From assembly GCA_963836075.1 (NCBI GenBank), contig CAWIIB010000009.1, positions 1 through 64,000 on the forward strand: a DNA stretch of 64,000 nt, given 5' to 3'. A program made the translations under genes and the position numbers. Under the pieces are notes generated by a model that saw nothing but the letters and a program-made list of their open reading frames with translations, was not told where the DNA came from and searched no databases. The stretch's first letter is position 1; the number at the start of each line of letters is the position of its first letter. This document shows positions 61,512 through 64,000 of the stretch, one piece after another. This stretch comes from an uncultured Acidobacteriota bacterium (GTDB taxonomy: Bacteria > Acidobacteriota > JAQAZP01).

Positions 61512-63617
61512 TTACCTTTCCTGGTCAGCCGGTGGGACCAGTTCGTCGGCCAGCGGAGCGGCGTCATACAGTTTGCGCAACGCCTCGAGGACGATGGCCG
61601 AGTGCACAGCCACGCAGCGGTTGTGCACCGGGTCGTTGAGGAACGCGTTGGAGAGCCCCTCGATGTTGCGGTCGAAGTTGATCCCCACCTGCTCCAGCCT
61701 GCTGTTGATCACCGGTGAGCCGGAGTTGCCGCCGATGGTGTCGAGGCTGGAGACGAAGTTCACCGGGGTGGAGAGGTCGAGCTTTTTCTCGCGGTCCCAG
61801 AACCTTTGGGGCAGCATGAACTCACCGCTGTTGCCGAAGGCGTGGGCCCGGTTGAACATGCCGTAGAGGGTGGTCTTGAACGGGGCCAGGGTGCCGTTCA
61901 TCGGATAGCCTTTGGCCTGACCGTAGCTCAGACGCAGGGTGAAGGTGGCGTCGGGGTAAGCGTTCTTGCCCAGCACGGCAAAGCGGGCCCGGGCGATCTG
62001 CTCCCCCGCCGGGGTGAGCACGCTCTCCACCTCACGGCGCTCCCACTCCACGCCGTCACGCAGAATGGGCGCAATCTGACGTGCAAGGGAAATCAGCGGA
62101 TCACTGGCAGCAGTCACCGCCTCGTCACCGCCCTCGATCAGGGCGCGCCGGGCGGCAACATCGGCCAGTGCGGTTTTGGAGATGAGCCTGGCCGCGGCAT
62201 CGTCCAGTGGGCCAAGGCCGATGATGACCTTTGACATGGGGTCGTCCGGCCCCAGCTCCTCGAGGGCGAGTTTCAGCGTGTCGGCCAGCAGCAGCGCCTC
62301 CAGGTCCTGGTAGACCGGGGCCGGCGAATAAAGGTAGAAGAGCTTCTCTTCCAGCTCGGTTTCGTGGAAGTCGTCCAGCCGGTCGGCATCGGGCAACTGG
62401 ATCTCGTGAACATAGTTGACAATGTCCAGTGCGATGCGCACCAGCCGTCCGGCGCCACGGCCGGCCACCAGTTCCCGTACCGCCGACCGGTGAAGCCGGA
62501 TCCCGTGGTTGTCGTAGATCCCGGCCACGCGATCCCAGGCAGCCCCGTAGGCCTTGTTCATCTCCGGGTCCTCGATGACCGCCTTGCGCAGGTTCCACTC
62601 CGCCTCCCCCTTCCAGGCCATCAGCTGCTCGTTTTCCAGGGCCTTGAGCATGCCGCCGTACGCCTTGCGCGAGTTGGAATAACTGAAGTAGAGCACGCCG
62701 CCGCGCCGGGCCTCTTCCTCCCCCCGGGCCCGATACTCGGCGAGCAGTTGGAGAGTGCGGCCGATCTGGCGCAGCTTCAGCGGGTACAAGCTGTCCCGGT
62801 AGTACTCCAGCGCACGCATGGTGCGCAGCCGGCTGGTGCGGCCGGGGTTGCCGGAGATAAAGACCAGCTCGTTCTCCGCCGGGCCGTCGGGGCTCCAGCT
62901 GAACCAGTGGGACGGCTGCAGCGGCTTGCCGTCCTGGTAGACCCGGAAGAAGGCGAAGTCGAGGTTGTAGCGGGGATAGGTGAAGTTGTCCCAGTCACCG
63001 CCGAAAAAGGCCGCCTGCTTCTCCGGGGCCATCACCAGCCGCACGTCGGTGTACTTGCGGTAGCGGTAGAGCCGGTACTCGCCCCCCTGGTAGAGGGTGA
63101 CCACGTCGGAACGCAGTCCGGTCCTCTCCAGGCTCTCGTTGCGGATCAGCGCCATCTCCGCCTTGCGGGCCCGGAGCGCTTCCTGGCTGCTCATCCCCTC
63201 CTTCACCGCGCCGAGCACCCGGGCGGTGACGTTTTCCATCGACTCCGTCACGTTCAGCTCCAGGTCGGCGCAGGGGATCTCCTGGTCGGCGCTCCCGGCG
63301 TAGAACCCGCCGGTCACGTAATCCTTAGCCTCGGTGGACATCTTCTGCAGCTGGCCTACCGCCACGTGGTGGTTGGTGACCACCAGGCCCTGCGGGCTGA
63401 CAAAGGACCCCGAACCGCCGTCGTTGAAGCGCACTGAGGCCAGACGCACGTGATCCAGCCACCCGGGGGTGATCTCGAACCCGTAGGCCTCGCGGATCGC
63501 CTCCACCGGCGGGTTGTCGAAGGTCCACATCCCCTCGTCGGCAATTGCGGGCAGGGTGCAGAACAGGGCGGCCAGAACCAGGCAGGCGGCGCCAGGGAAA
63601 CAGCGGGCGATGCTCAT
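61512..63617 (-). CDS. S46 family dipeptidyl peptidase (secreted)
   Basis: Signal peptide then DEGMW, GSGSFVS..GL.VTNHH, DNF.YPRY, GGNSGSPV. Confidence 0.93.
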   Translation of the reverse strand: MSIARCFPGAACLVLAALFCTLPAIADEGMWTFDNPPVEAIREAYGFEITPGWLDHVRLASVRFNDGGSGSFVSPQGLVVTNHHVAVGQLQKMSTEAKDYVTGGFYAGSADQEIPCADLELNVTESMENVTARVLGAVKEGMSSQEALRARKAEMALIRNESLERTGLRSDVVTLYQGGEYRLYRYRKYTDVRLVMAPEKQAAFFGGDWDNFTYPRYNLDFAFFRVYQDGKPLQPSHWFSWSPDGPAENELVFISGNPGRTSRLRTMRALEYYRDSLYPLKLRQIGRTLQLLAEYRARGEEEARRGGVLYFSYSNSRKAYGGMLKALENEQLMAWKGEAEWNLRKAVIEDPEMNKAYGAAWDRVAGIYDNHGIRLHRSAVRELVAGRGAGRLVRIALDIVNYVHEIQLPDADRLDDFHETELEEKLFYLYSPAPVYQDLEALLLADTLKLALEELGPDDPMSKVIIGLGPLDDAAARLISKTALADVAARRALIEGGDEAVTAASDPLISLARQIAPILRDGVEWERREVESVLTPAGEQIARARFAVLGKNAYPDATFTLRLSYGQAKGYPMNGTLAPFKTTLYGMFNRAHAFGNSGEFMLPQRFWDREKKLDLSTPVNFVSSLDTIGGNSGSPVINSRLEQVGINFDRNIEGLSNAFLNDPVHNRCVAVHSAIVLEALRKLYDAAPLADELVPPADQER

Positions 63618-63832
63618 CGGTGCTCTCCTCGATTCTTGGGGGCATGACGGATGATTGCCGGCCCCATTGTACAGCGTCCCCACCGGGTGGCAAGAGTGCC
63701 GGCCGGAACGCGGATTTGCTTGGGCATCGGCGCGGGTCGTGGCATAATCAGCGATGTACCGTTCCAGATAACAGGAAGACCATTCGGGTGCCCGCTCCGG
63801 GCGGAGTGAACCCGCAACCCAGGGAGCCACCA

Positions 63833-64000
63833 ATGAAAGACCGCCTTCGCCTGATGCCCGTTGTCCTGGCCATTGCCGTCATCGCAATCCTGGCCGTGCC
63901 GAGCATGGCCGTTCCACCGCTCCAGGAGACGGAAGTGCTCGAGGAAGAGGCGCTCCAGGAAGCGGAAGTTGTCGATGAACTGGAAGGGATCGCGACGCTG
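63833..64000 (+). CDS. 5' end of a secreted protein (partial)
   Basis: RBS AGGGAG; MKDRLRLMPVVLAIAVIAILAVPSMA signal peptide; frame open to the window edge. Confidence 0.7.
   Translation, partial: MKDRLRLMPVVLAIAVIAILAVPSMAVPPLQETEVLEEEALQEAEVVDELEGIATL

Overview
GC-rich bacterial chromosome segment. The RpoD N-terminus ([31 protein letters not shown]) and the gene content suggest an uncultured Acidobacteriota-like organism (inference). Positions 1-10.3 kb are accessory: an ECF43-like sigma factor, an XRE/AbiEii toxin-antitoxin pair, two paralogous membrane Ser/Thr kinases with TPR arrays separated by an AAA+ ATPase, and an SPFH protein. Most of the rest is housekeeping and envelope genes: carAB, folC, accD, mtnA, tsaD, fbaA, yggS, tRNA-Ile2, rpoD-dnaG-mutS2, a trehalose cluster, larB, wzm/wzt, an MMPL transporter and an S46 peptidase. 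About ten single-base frameshifts fall in C/G runs, including in carB and yggS, so they are treated as sequencing errors. The most interesting signals are: (i) the interleaved sigma/kinase/toxin/ATPase island; (ii) an Rrf2-epimerase unit bounded by integron attC-type core sites with no integrase in the window; (iii) an unexplained ~110-nt structured RNA candidate between tRNA-Ile2 and its terminator; (iv) an in-frame Wzt / ADP-heptose adenylyltransferase fusion; (v) a sigma54 promoter with tandem enhancer boxes in front of an orphan ORF; (vi) a PHD/RING-like 10-Cys microprotein; (vii) an MMPL transporter with a cNMP-binding domain. No database searches or folding programs were run; family calls rest on motif recognition.
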